Source: Octopus vulgaris (lineage: Eukaryota). From it: a DNA stretch of 64,000 bases. The stretch lies in contig OX597818.1 in the NCBI GenBank assembly GCA_951406725.2, forward strand, positions 143,406,001 through 143,470,000. The letters run 5' to 3'. Under the pieces are notes generated by a model. The model did no database searches, was not told the origin of the DNA, and saw only the letters and a program-made list of their open reading frames with translations. Of this stretch, positions 40,490 to 52,952 are shown in pieces (position 1 is the stretch's first letter; each line of letters opens with the position of its first letter). The position numbers and the translations under genes were made by a program.

Positions 40490-41395
40490 GCGTCACCGTC
40501 TCTCTTGTTCACCAGGTACTCTGTCGCAATCTCCTATTCCTCGATTGCAAATGCATATGCTTCAAAGTGTGATGTGATGTAGTGGTCTTGTGTCCAAGAG
40601 AGGTTGTGCTTCGTGTCAATTCTACTGTCTTCTTCAAGCTCCCGGACAACATACCCACGCATAGTCCCTTTATTTATTATTATTTTTTTTTTTTTCTATG
40701 CTGAATGATTTCCATCTAGGTCTTCTCTGAAGTAAGAGAACCCAACTGTTTTGGGGCTGTATAGGAAATCATCAGGAAGAGTGTGCTTCTTGAGAAGTTC
40801 ACTGCCAACTCCTACAATGTTGCTCACTTCACTTTTCAGGACTGCATAAATATATTTATTTTTGCTGCTGTTGTTTATCAAGTGCTGCCTGAGTGAAACC
40901 ATACAACAGTCAAAGGCCGTCTGCACTGATCTCAGGTCTCTACCACTTTCATTCCTTTTTAGGTAGAGCCTGTCAACATAAACTGTTTCTGTGGAAGTTC
41001 CCAGTTGTTGTCAGGATTTTGCGGGGTTTTGATATCTTTGAAGTAGATTTCCTCTTCAGACCAATCAAGTATCTCAAATGTTGGGATCAGCACTGGTACT
41101 GCAAATGCATTGTGGGATATTGCTTTGTTGTAAGAGGAGAGTTCCAACTACCATAGTTTCCTAAGTCTGGTGTAATATTCTCAAGTCACTCTATCTTTAT
41201 TCACAGTGCTTCATATTATGCATTTTCGTCTAAGCTTAGGAACATGTAAAATTCTTTGTATGGAATGGAAGAGATAGAGAGGCCGTTGATGCACAGGTTT
41301 TGGGTTTGGAGAATTGACTGTCCTCGTTCTTTAACCAAGTATGAACATTGCTTTTGGCCAAATTCCATGCTTATATCAGCTGAAAATGTTGCTAT
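40490..41395 (-). pseudogene. R4-clade LINE fragment
   Basis: MEFGQKQC, ELSSYNKAISHNAFAVPVLIPTFEILDW and HFEAYAFAIE..EIATEYLV. Confidence 0.7.
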
Positions 41396-42072
41396 TAATT
41401 CCAGTTGTGTTTTGGCATTGTTAAAACTTTTTGAAGACTGCGGAATAAATGATAATCAGATGGGGCAATGTCCGACGAATATGATGGGTGGGGCATCGTT
41501 TCCCGTTTAAACTGCTTCAGCGTTTGGAATGGCATCCTCGCTCTTTGTAGCCGAGCATTATCCTGATGGAAGAATACCTTTCGTCTTGAAACCAAAGATG
41601 GTCGTTTTTCTTTTATCACTGACTTGAATGACTAGTTGAATGTCCAAATCCAAGTTTTTCGGTTAGTTCCTCAACAGGTACGATGGGATTTTGTTCCACT
41701 AGGATTTGCAGGACGTCCTCGCGGAGCTCTAAAGGTCTTTCAGGACGTGGCTCGTCTTCTGGTCTGTTGTTTACGCTTATTGTCCTATCCCCATATACTG
41801 CATTAATATTCCTCGCACTTTCCGTTGCGTTGTTGCCTTTATTGAACTCATATATCAAGATATTCCAAAAATGTTCCTTTGTCATTCCCATTATAGCTTT
41901 GAAAAAAATAACCGTTAAAATCGAACTGCACTCTTCCAAATTAAGAATAAAGAGAAGATAAAATTAATACCTGCTTTTATAGCAAGTTGATGCAGGTAGT
42001 CTATCCCGCCCACCTCCAACATTTTTGTTCATGCAATTGAAAAAACCGCATTATTTATGGGATGACCCAGTA
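41396..42072 (-). mobile_element. Internally deleted mariner relic
   Basis: YEFNKGNNATESARNINAVYG, FFHQDNAR and PHPSYSSDIAPSDYHLFRSLQ. TIR-like end cattatttatgggatgacccagta. Confidence 0.88.
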
Positions 42073-43960
42073 TTTTTAGCGAGTCAATCGAGCCCTTAGC
42101 AGCTTCCTGGTCCAAGAAGCAGTGGCAGCTGTAGACAGATGAGAGTGACTGAGATGTAAATTTCTTTAATAAAGAATAAAAGGTGTCAGGGAACAGCATT
42201 GTTGGCAGATAATTGTAACGTTTCTCATTTTTAATGACTCATCGAAATGCCGATCAAACAAACCAATCATTAAAGACACTCCAACCATGACCATCTTCTC
42301 TCATACAATCGATTACTTTATCGTCCATCCAGTATTTTACTTTTTTTTACTCTTAAATATGCCAAATCTTTCTTACATTTTAAGGTTGGTGACACACTTT
42401 TGATTCATCAAAAATAAAAAAGGAATGATACACTACATACACACACACATACATACATACATACATACATACACACATACACACATACATACATACATAC
42501 ATACATACATTACAAATGTGTATGTGTGCGCGTGTGTGTACTGCTTATTTTTTAAAACTGAAACATCACGACTCCGTTAAATCGAACGTGTTGGAATAGA
42601 TGTGCGGGGGAGTAAATATCTCTGCTAACAATATGAAATTAATATTTGGTATTAATCCGAAAATGGTGGGAAGATCGGAGATAAATCACCTTTAATTCGA
42701 TAATTTAACTACTCGCTATAAGGTATTGTCACATTCAAGGAAGCCTTTCATTCAGTTGAGGATGAATGTGGCTGCTACATTTAGCTGTTCGATTGGACAC
42801 GCAGCGTTGATTCGTTCAGCTTTCTTTAACGATGTTAGTGACAAAAACTGGCCTAAATGAATTTATATTCTCTTTGACATTAACACGTTATAGCTAGACA
42901 GTCTGTTTATTATTTAGATTTTCCAACGTGAAATTTAAAGAAAAAATATTTTTATTAAATTAATTTTCGCATTTCTTCATTTCGGTATCGATAAAATAAA
43001 GTATTTGTCAAGTGCCAGACACATTCTCTCTAAAATTACTCGCCTCTAAATTACTCGTCTCTATATGAGAATCTAATAAATTAATTTTGGGAAGTCGTTT
43101 AAACATAAGGGAGGTAATTATTTTAAGGGCTACAACTCTGGATGCTTATATGGTTTCAAAATCACTGTGAATTCATTTCTAGAAAAAATACTCTACAAAT
43201 AATTATTGCTATTTATAAACAAAGGAGAAGAAAAACAAATTTCCAGTGACTACATAGTAGTTTTGATTCTCATTGGATAAAAAAAAAACTAAGGTCACCA
43301 TGATGACAGTGTTGATAATCTATTATCTTTGCTATTCCCCAAGAAAAATGCAAATGATTATATTTGCAGAACAGTTTTGATGCTTCATACATTTCAGTTA
43401 ACGATGAGTAAAGTCTGTGCGGGTGGAAAGGGCTGGAAAATTCCATCAAATGTTTTCAGAAATCATCGATTCATTAGATAAAACGATATGAACTTTGCAA
43501 ACCTGAAGCAGGAAATAGCGTTTTGAAAGTTTTGGGATAAGGCGTTCGCTATGAAGGAAGATCACTTCTTTCAGTCGCAAAGAAAAAAATAAAGGCATAT
43601 ATATATATATATATATATACATGTGTGTGTGTGCATGTGCGTATGCATGCATACATACATACATACATACATACATACATACATACATACATACATACAT
43701 ACATACATACATACATACATACGTACGTACGAACATACGTGTGTATGTATGTATGTATATATTTATATATATACTTATTAATTGATGATATAATCATTAA
43801 CATGATAATATCAGTGGCTAAGCAATAAAAATCGAGCATATCAATAAAATTCATTTTTAAGTATATAATTATAATTAAGGGCTCTTCTAGCGTATAGGCG
43901 CTGACATTCCAGTGCCCTTAATTATAATTATATATTTAAAAATGTATGTATGTATATAAA

Positions 43961-44018
<58 letters not shown>

Positions 44019-44351
44019 TGTCTTTATGCATGTATGTATGTATGTATGTATGTATGTATGTATGTATGTATGTATGTATGTACGTATGTATGTATGTATG
44101 TATGTATATGTATATATGTACGTATATTGATGAACAGCGAATCGGTCTCGAGCATGACACATTTTTATTGTGGAGTCATTTATCTACAAGAGGCTTGAAG
44201 AGCTTCTCCATCATAGGCCCCAAGATGACTACATAACCTCGACTTAGTTTTAAAACGTTTATGAAAAATGCGGCACAGAGTTTCGTGAAGGACTAGCGAT
44301 ATGGATGCGTCCTTGTGAACCATTGAAATGAAGGTAGACACTTTGAAACAT

Positions 44352-44737
44352 GGAAGCACTCCGTCGGTTACGACGAGGAGGGTTCCGGTTGATCCAAATC
44401 AACGGAACAGCCTGCTCGTGAAATTAACGTGTAAGTGGCTGAGCACTCCATAGACATGTGTACCCTTAACGTAGTTCTCGAGGATATTCAGCGTGACACA
44501 GAGAGTGACAAGGCCGGCCCTTTGAAATACAGGTACAACAGAAACAGGAAGTAAGACTGAGAGAAAGTTGTGGTGAAAGAGTACAGCAGGGATCACCACC
44601 ATCCCCAGCCGGAGGCTCGTGGAGCTTTAGGTGTTTTCGCTCAATAAACACTCACAACGCCCGGTCTGGGAATCGAAACCGCGATGCTATGACCGCGAGT
44701 CCGCTGCCCTAACCACTGGGCCATTGCGCCTCCACTT
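44352..44737 (-). mobile_element. Full-length tRNA-derived SINE with 11-bp TSD
   Basis: Head gtggaggcgcaatggcccagtggttagggcagcgg with A/B boxes. CTTTGAAACAT at 44341-44351 and 44738-44748. Confidence 0.9.
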
Positions 44738-45477
44738 CTTTGAAACATACTTGGGTAGGGTTAGTGGAATTAGGTGTATATAAACATCTTATATTTGTAT
44801 CTAAATTTGTGATCTCCCAAGAATAACAAGACCAGCTTTTAAGATCGTAATGCGACCACAAACAGTGCACATGAGACGACTTCAATGTGGAGTCTTCGAG
44901 TCTTTTGTTTCACTGTTTGATGTGAATTCGGTTTTTCTCAAGTTGCAGCCATTGCTTACTGGTTACAAACTGCTATTCCCTTAAAGTCATTGCAAGATCA
45001 AAAAAAGTCATCAAAAAATCCCAAGATTTACTTTTGTGAAGTCGCAAAATCTTTGGTTTGTGATAATGGCGATTACCAAGAACTAATTCCCCACAAGATG
45101 AATTAGTTTCAGAAACCTATTGTCATCGAGGCTTGTGGCATAATCAACCAAAATGCATATTATACTTGATAAAGCAACCTTTCTTTTTTACCGAGGTTTT
45201 CAGCCTTTTCATAAACGTAAGTATTCTCTGTGAAGAAAGTTCACCGCGAGAAAACTTGATGGAGAAAATGTATCCATAGAAAATGTATCTCACCACTAAT
45301 AGTTCAAAACTATTTTACTGAAAAACAAAACAAAACAACAAAAACAAAAAAACGTCAATTGATGACGAACCTAACGTACATGATATATACATACACACAC
45401 ACACATCTATATATATATGCATGAATATATACATAAATGCATATACATGAATATATACATAACATATACATACATAC

Positions 45478-45533
<56 letters not shown>

Positions 45534-45784
45534 ATAATATTAAGGAGTAAATCCAAACTTACAGGGAAAAATTAGATTTAGGATTAAATCTAATTTTACA
45601 GTATAAATATATATATTTATATTAAATTATAGATAAAACCACTATTAGGCAAATCAAACAGTGAAAAACATAAACCAATAAATAGAAATAAATTAATTAA
45701 TATAATATACAAAATATACAAAATATAAAATGCCAGATCTTGGGTGCATCCAGGTGGTTTTATATGTATATTTCTGCTTAAACA

Positions 45785-46711
45785 GAGAGTTGGTGACAAC
45801 CAGATTATGACTCGGCTTGTGATGATTTTGGCTTGACCATCAACTTGAAGAAAACAGTTGTTATGCACCAACCTGAGTGTGGTGATGTTTGTAACCCCAC
45901 TAAAATCTTTGTTCAAGTTAAGTTACTTGAGGTTGTCGATTCGTTCATCTACCTTGGAAGCTCTGTTCAAAATGATAGAAATCTTGATACAGAAATACAG
46001 CTGCGAATTCAAAGGGCAGCAAAAACATTTGGTGTCTTGGAGTCACGCGTTTGGGGCCAGCGACATATAATTAAGAATACAAAGCTGGCTCATTACAAAT
46101 CCTTTGTCTTACCATCCCTGTTGTATTCCTGGGAAACTTGGACTTGATATGAATGGCATTTTAAGTTATTGGAACAATTCCATCAAAAATGATTTCATCG
46201 CATTTTAAAAATTAAATGGAGTTCTTTTACTCCAAACACAGATGCCCTTTCATCTGCAGGCATCACCTCAATTGAAGCTATGATTTTGAGGAACCAAATG
46301 GGATGGTGTGGCCGTATTGTTCGAATGGCAGATGAACGCATGCCGAAACAGCTGTTTTATGGTGAGCTTGCAGAGGGGAAATGCTATCGGTGTAAACCTA
46401 AAAAAAGGTTTAAGGACGGCATAAGGACTACTATGAAGTCACTTGGAATAGATCCAAAAGACATAGAAACCCTTGCTTCGGATCGGGTTGGATGGCGAAC
46501 AAAAGTGTGGAGTGGAGTGAAAGCATTTGAAGAGGCCAGGATAACGCAAGTAAGACTCATTAGAGATCTAAGGAAGAATGTAACGATCGAGAAGGTGAAT
46601 GACGATGCCCTTTTTGTGTGCACAGTCTGTGACAGACAATGCCTGTCTTTTTCTGGGCTCAAATCTCATCTGCAAACCCATGGAAGACGTACCTCCACCA
46701 ACTATTCTGCC
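45785..46711 (+). pseudogene. RTE-clade LINE 3' fragment ending in a C2H2 zinc finger
   Basis: LTINLKKTVVM, FIYLGS, LPSLLYSWETWT, RMPKQLFYGEL and CTVCDRQCLSFSGLKSHLQTH. Confidence 0.9.
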
Positions 46712-46798
46712 TATATGAATGTGAATGTGTGAGATTACATGGATGTGTGTGTGTGTGATCACGTATTTTCCCAAGTATTCTTTTGCATATGAGTATTC

Positions 46799-46859
<61 letters not shown>

Positions 46860-47906
46860 TTCATCTATGTCTGGTTTGACGTCTGCTCAGTCTTACATAT
46901 GTCTAAACTGATGCAAATGTGTGTTTGCTTGCGTTTGGGCAAAAACGGAATTTTCGTGTATGCGTGAGTGCTTGCATGAACGTATGTTCATATTTTAGGT
47001 TAAGGTTGCAAGTTCGTGTATGTTATTTTATGTGTCTGCTTAGGTGTTGAGGTATGTACATGTATGTATATATGTATATCTTGTATGTGTCTCTTTCCAG
47101 TACTTTTATGTATGGGAAATGGCGGAATGAGAAAGAGAGTTGGCGCGAGAGTGTGCGTAGAAAGGCAATATCTATGAGGCTTTTAGGATTCTACAAAGTG
47201 TGAGTGATGTGGATAGCTGGGTGGACTTAGTTTGGGTAACGTGTAAATGAAAATGCTATAGTCCAGTGCAAGACGGCAGGGTGTGGGGAAATACATGGAC
47301 AAGGTTAGAATTCCAAAAAGGTGCAGTTTTTAAGCACAAGAATTCGGTAAAGTACTAGGAATGAAGTGAAATCTGTTAGATAAGTTATATGGCAGGTAAG
47401 CAAGAGAGGGAGAGAGAGAGGGGAAGAGAGAAGAAGAGAGAGAGAAAGAGTTTCGTAGAAAGAGATGTATAAAGATGACAAGTTGAGAAGAATCACTGTT
47501 GTAATAATGATGAAAGAGGCTGAGAGAAGGCTAACATTTATGGGTAAAATCCATCTGTCAATTTGTGCATGAAGTGTGCACTACTTTATTTTGGATTCGG
47601 TCTGTAAATGAATGGAATTGACAGTTGATTCCCTGATGTGTAAGCAATAATCAACCATGAGGCATATATCTGTCTTCTGGAATATCTACGGATGTTCATA
47701 GTTCAATATTTTTCATGGAAGACCGAAAGAAGTAAGGTTATCTTTCGAACACAGATTCGTCTGCATTGAGCAAGTGATTTTCATGACAGATCGTCAGAAA
47801 TATTTCAAGCAAGACTACTTAGAGATGGAGATGATTTGAGTAATATATTGTTGATGAGGAAAGCAGCAGTTGAAGGAATTTCGTTCCTTTGATTTGTGTG
47901 TTATCT
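46712..47906 (+). repeat. Left arm of a ~1.2-kb inverted duplication
   Basis: Reverse complement of 51403-52580 with few substitutions. Confidence 0.95.
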
Positions 47907-47979
47907 GATTAATAACACTGGTGCTGAATCAAATGGAGTTGTTGCAGTCCTTTGTACAATGGTTTTAAAGGTCTTCATT

Positions 47980-48340
47980 ATCAGCTGGGCAGGTGGAGTT
48001 CGTTAACCGGTGGGCGAAGAGCCCATCTAGGAGAGGAAAACCTTGATTCCGAAACTCCGTTGCCTTGCGACCATACCCATCCATGGTAATGGCTTTGACA
48101 TAAACACCGAGGAAAAACCTGGAGTCGGACCCGTGTGGCAACTTCTACTATGACGCTGGTGCCAAATTGTAACGGCCGTACTACTCCTTTCGATCCATCA
48201 ATGATGTGGAGCGTGGGGACACACTGCATGGGCAACAATCTGTCCATATTGCCCAGGCTTGGATCTTATGAAAGACACTATACTCGAAAGATAGAACCGG
48301 AAAACAATAACTCAACCAGCAGCAGGCTTGCGTGACAGGG
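47980..48340 (+). mobile_element. Probable LINE 5' UTR fragment (RTE-like)
   Basis: ctaggagaggaaaaccttgattccgaaac resembles a motif recalled from RTE 5' regions. Not verified. Confidence 0.35.
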
Positions 48341-48344
48341 ATTA

Positions 48345-49135
48345 GCATTTACGCATTGGGCTGTTCAACCACAGACAGCAGTGCTCAAGTGGGGCAGTCC
48401 AAACACAGACAGATGTTGTAGAGAATGACCAGTAGAGCGTAAATGGTGCAAGACCGGGGTGTCATTGCCGAGTCTGATGTCTCAGAGGTGCTCCGAGAAC
48501 TGGTCACTGAAGCAGTGTTGCAGCGTCCCGTTTGACTAACGTACAGAGAGAGAGAGGGAGCAGAAGATATAGTAAATAACGTTACTGGGGGTGCAAGTAA
48601 AGGAATCGGTGAGGTGATATGGACGGTAGTGGGTACTAGTTAGGGTAGTGGTGTTGGAGAGGTAGGCAGGTGCGACAGAGTCGGCGAGAGCAGGAGAGGC
48701 AGGGGTGGGCTCATTTGAAGGAGAAAAGGGGTAGGTTAAGGAAGATGTGCGAGGTAGAGGGGTCGGACTGGGATCGCCAGAAGGCTCGGAGAATGGTGTG
48801 TTGGAGGGGTGGTAGATGAGGGGAAACGGAAGACGGATAATGGTGGAGAAAGATCGTGTCCGGGCAAGGGCAGTGTGGATAATGGTGAGGGCATATCCAC
48901 GCAGGGATGAAATGGCGATCCATGAGTTGAAACTGGGTCTCAAAGCCATGGTTGGGAGTAACGGATGGTGAACTTGATGTGGGTAAAGTAGGAGGAGGAG
49001 AAGTGGAGGTAGAAGTATTAGTCTGTGTGTCTATAGTGAACGGTAGTGGTGAGAGCGGAGTTAGAGACAGTGCAGGGGAATTCAAGAGCAGGATGGAAGG
49101 ATTGGACAAAGAAGAGGAAGGAGTCAAGATGTTCA
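48345..49135 (-). pseudogene. Penelope-like element C-terminal RT/thumb plus GIY-YIG relic
   Basis: FHPSILLLNS, LPLIYHP, HLTDSFTCTPSNVIYYIFCSL and FSEHL.DIR. Confidence 0.82.
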
Positions 49136-49999
49136 TATACATACATACATACGTATACCTCTCTCTCTCTCTCTCTCTCTAGTTCCTCCCTTCATTCTTC
49201 AATCCCTCTGCTCCCTACCTCTCTCTGTTCCTCCCACGTGATCGGTGCTCGGCCAAGCATGATCTTTCTTTCTTGGCCTGACCGCCGCTCGCACAACACA
49301 TTTTCCTGTCTCCCGACTTTCATCCAGGTTTGTTGCCGCAAGGCTTCTACTTCAAATGCCAGTTTAACATAACTTGTTTTAGTCGAAAGGCGCCTGTTGT
49401 TATTCTTGTTGTTTGTATTTATAATCGTGAAACATTTTCTCCGTTTACTAATTTTTTGTCCGTGTTGTCGCACATATTCTCTCACTTGCTTCCCAAAATT
49501 TAATGCCCTTAGCTTAGACTTTTGGCGCCTACAAATTTTTAACAGAAACTGTAATGATGATTGGAAGCTTGACCGAAGAATAGAAAGCCAGGAATTTCCG
49601 TCCTGGTTTTCCTGTCCTTCTGTCCGTATGTTTTCATTGCCGTCCGTTACGTTCTTGTCCCGTTATATATATATATATATATATATAATATTTAATAACA
49701 GTTGAACTACACGACTTAAAGTTTCCTGTGCGTGTAGAACGCGTTCATCTCATTAAATCTTTTCGAAACAAATTCAAGATGACTTCAAGATGGCTTCCAG
49801 ATGTTGGGCTTCTTTAATCTGTCTCAAATCTCTCATTCTTCTGATATCTGCTGTGATGGACGCGTCGTCTGCGCCTTCGAAACTCTGAATCTTATGGAGC
49901 TGACTCTCGTTAAAAATGTAAAACCTTCTTCTTATTAAAAATGTAAAACCTACCAAGCATGTTGAATACTACATTCTTCCGTTTGTTCTCTTATTCGTA

Positions 50000-50569
50000 A
50001 CCGTGTGGTAAGAAACTTTCTTCCCAACCCAATGGTTCATGGTTCAGTCCCATTGCGTGGCACCTTGAGCAAGTGTCTTCTACTATAGCTCAGGTCAGCC
50101 AAAGCATTGTGAGGGGATTTGGTCGACGGATTTTGTGTGTCCCTGCTTGACCCCCACCACTGCTTGGAGATCGGTTTTGGTATGTTTACATCCCCGTAAC
50201 TTAGCGGTTCAACAAAAGAAGCCAATAGAATTAGTACTACGCTTAAAAAGAAAAGTCGTGGGATCAATTTGTTCAACTAAATCCCTTCAAGGCGGTGCTC
50301 TAGGATGGCCGCAGTCAAATTACTGAAACAAACAAAAGAATAAAAAAATATATAACGCAGGCGTGGCTGTGTGGTAAGAAGTTTGCTTCCCAACCACATG
50401 GTACTGGGTTCAGTCCCACTGCGTAGCACCTTCGGAAAGTGTCTTCTACTATAGCCTTGGGATGACCAAAGTCTTGTAAGTGGATGTGGTAGACGGAAAC
50501 TAAAAAGACCTTTAAGGCGATGCTCCAGCATTGCCGCAGTCAAACTATTGTAACGTGTAAAAGAATAAA

Positions 50570-50572
<3 letters not shown>
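50000..50572 (+). mobile_element. Two adjacent tRNA-derived SINE copies
   Basis: Heads gtgtggtaagaa...cccaacc...ggttcagtccc at ~50003 and ~50357, with shared tails. Confidence 0.85.
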
Positions 50573-50622
<50 letters not shown>

Positions 50623-50702
50623 GGAATATTATTCCAAACTTACAAGGAAAAATTCAATTTAGAAATACTAAATCAAATTTCACAAAATATAATATATATA
50701 TA

Positions 50703-51028
50703 TATATAAATTAGAAAAAAACCCCACCTTTTATCAATTCAATAATGAAAAATTAAATTATATAATTTAGAAAGATTGCATATTATGGAAAAATTAAATA
50801 TAAGATAAAACATTTAACAATGATTAAGTAACGTGCAAAATAATAAATAAAACGTATATATTTGGTACCAAATATATACGTTTTATTTATTATTTTGCAC
50901 GTTACTTAATCATTGTTAAATGTTTTATCTTATATTTAATTTTTCCATAATATGCAATCTTTCTAAATTATATAATTTAATTTTTCATTATTGAATTGAT
51001 AAAAGGTGGGGTTTTTCTAATTTATATA
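50703..51028. repeat. ~326-bp spacerless palindrome centred on GGTACC
   Basis: Arms mirror each other about 50866/50867 and differ only in one A/T-run length. Confidence 0.95.
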
Positions 51029-51081
51029 ATACATACATACATACATACATACATACATGCATGCATTTATACATACATACA

Positions 51082-51113
<32 letters not shown>

Positions 51114-51402
51114 CACACATACATACACACACACATATACACATAAATAAGGGTGCAAAATAGTACCTACAGTTGCTAGAAATAAGAGCTAAAATATATA
51201 ACACGGATACCAACACAAAATCACCAACCTCATGAGATGTTCAAAGGGACTGAATGAAGTAATTTGATTAGACCCTATCATATTATTTCGAAATTTAACC
51301 AGGGAAATCCACAAATTACTGCGGGTTAAAGAGAAAGCTTGCTCTTCCGTAGCTCATGAGAGAAAATAACCGTTGAATAGCGAGCGCAAAAATTCTCGCT
51401 GG

Positions 51403-52455
51403 AGATAACACACAAATCAAAGGAACGAAATTCCTTCAACTGCTGCTTTCCTCATCAACAATATATTACTCAAATCATCTCCATCTCTAAGTAGTCTTGC
51501 TTGAAATATTTCTGACGATCTGTCATGAAAATCACTTGCTCAATGCAGACGAATCTGTGTTCGAAAGATAACCTTACTTCTTTCGGTCTTCCATGAAAAA
51601 TATTGAACTATGAACATCCGTAGATATTCCAGAAGACAGATATATGCCTCATGGTTGATTATTGCTTACACATCAGGGAATCAACTGTCAATTCCATTCA
51701 TTTACAGACCGAATCCAAAATAAAGTAGTGCACACTTCATGCACAAATTGACAGATGGATTTTACCCATAAATGTTAGCCTTCTCTCAGCCTCTTTCATC
51801 AATATTACAACAGTGATTCTTCTCAACTTGTCATCTTTATACATCTCTTTCTACGAAACTCTTTCTCTCTCTCTTCTTCTCTCTTCCCCTCTCTCTCCCT
51901 CTCTTGCTTACCTGCCATATAACTTATCTAACAGACCTCACTTTATTCCTAGTACTTTACCGAATTCTTGTGCTTAAAAACTGCACCTTTTTGGAATTCT
52001 AACCTTGTCCATGTATTTCCCCACACCCTGCCGTCTTGCACTGGACTATAGCATTTTCATTTACACGTTACCCAAACTAAGTCCACCCAGCTATCCACAT
52101 CACTCACACTTTCACACTTTGTAGAATCCTAAAAACCTCATAGATATTGCCTTTCTACGCACATTCTCGCGCGAACTCTCTTTCTCATTCCGCCATTTCC
52201 CATACATAAAAGTACTGGAAAGAGACACATACAAGATATGCATATACATACATGTACATACCTCAACACCTAAGCAGACGCATAAAATAACATACACGAA
52301 CTTGCAACCTTAACCTAAAATATGAACATACGTTCATGCAAACACTCACGCATACACGAAAATTTCCGTTTTTGCCCAAACGCAAGCAAACACACATTTG
52401 CATCAGTTTAGACATATGTAAGACTGAGCAGACGTCAAACCAGACATAGATGAAG

Positions 52456-52493
<38 letters not shown>

Positions 52494-52580
52494 GAATACT
52501 CATTTGTATAAGACTATGTTAAAATATATGTAATCACACACATTCACATCCATGTAATCTCACACATTCACATTCATATA
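51403..52580 (-). repeat. Right arm of a ~1.2-kb inverted duplication
   Basis: Reverse complement of 46712-47906. Confidence 0.95.
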
Positions 52581-52659
52581 TATATATATATATATATATA
52601 CATACATACATACCGATTCGCTGTTCATCAATATACATACATACATACATACATAAGGC

Positions 52660-52952
52660 AACGTGGCATTAAAAAGTTCCGAGACTATTTCTGTAGCGCG
52701 CCGACAGACGGCAGCACACGGTTGCGTGCGCAATGAGAGCTAGCAGAGAACTTCATGAGGCAGTGTGCAGAGTGACATTGCAGTGTTCACTTAGCAAGTT
52801 GTGAAATTTATGTTTTTGTGATCACGTGTAGTCTGCGATTTTGTCATGGGCATGAAGTTGGAACAAAGAGCCAATGTGAAATTTTGCGTTAAACTTTGGA
52901 GGTCTGCTACAGACAGAGACATTGTGCATGCTTCGGCAAACTTATGGCAATG
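52660..52952 (+). mobile_element. Mariner 5' end (related to the 29945-31907 element), cut off by a LINE
   Basis: TIR-like aaaaagttccgagact and MKLEQRANVKFCVKL. Confidence 0.85.

Noticed and set aside
38870-40577. Long MYVC/HTYI-repeat ORFs, and similar YI, CV and HT ORFs throughout
   Set aside because: Stop-free frames of (TATG)n, (TA)n and (CA)n microsatellites.
44650-44737. tRNA-like sequence
   Set aside because: SINE head with body and TSD, not a tRNA gene.
45070-45128. Stem plus GAAAC...GUC with cgat/atcg flanks
   Set aside because: The CUGANGA box is absent.
49340-49400. GAAA-GGCGCC-UG palindrome next to the PLE relic
   Set aside because: No CUGANGA, and the triplet would end in G.
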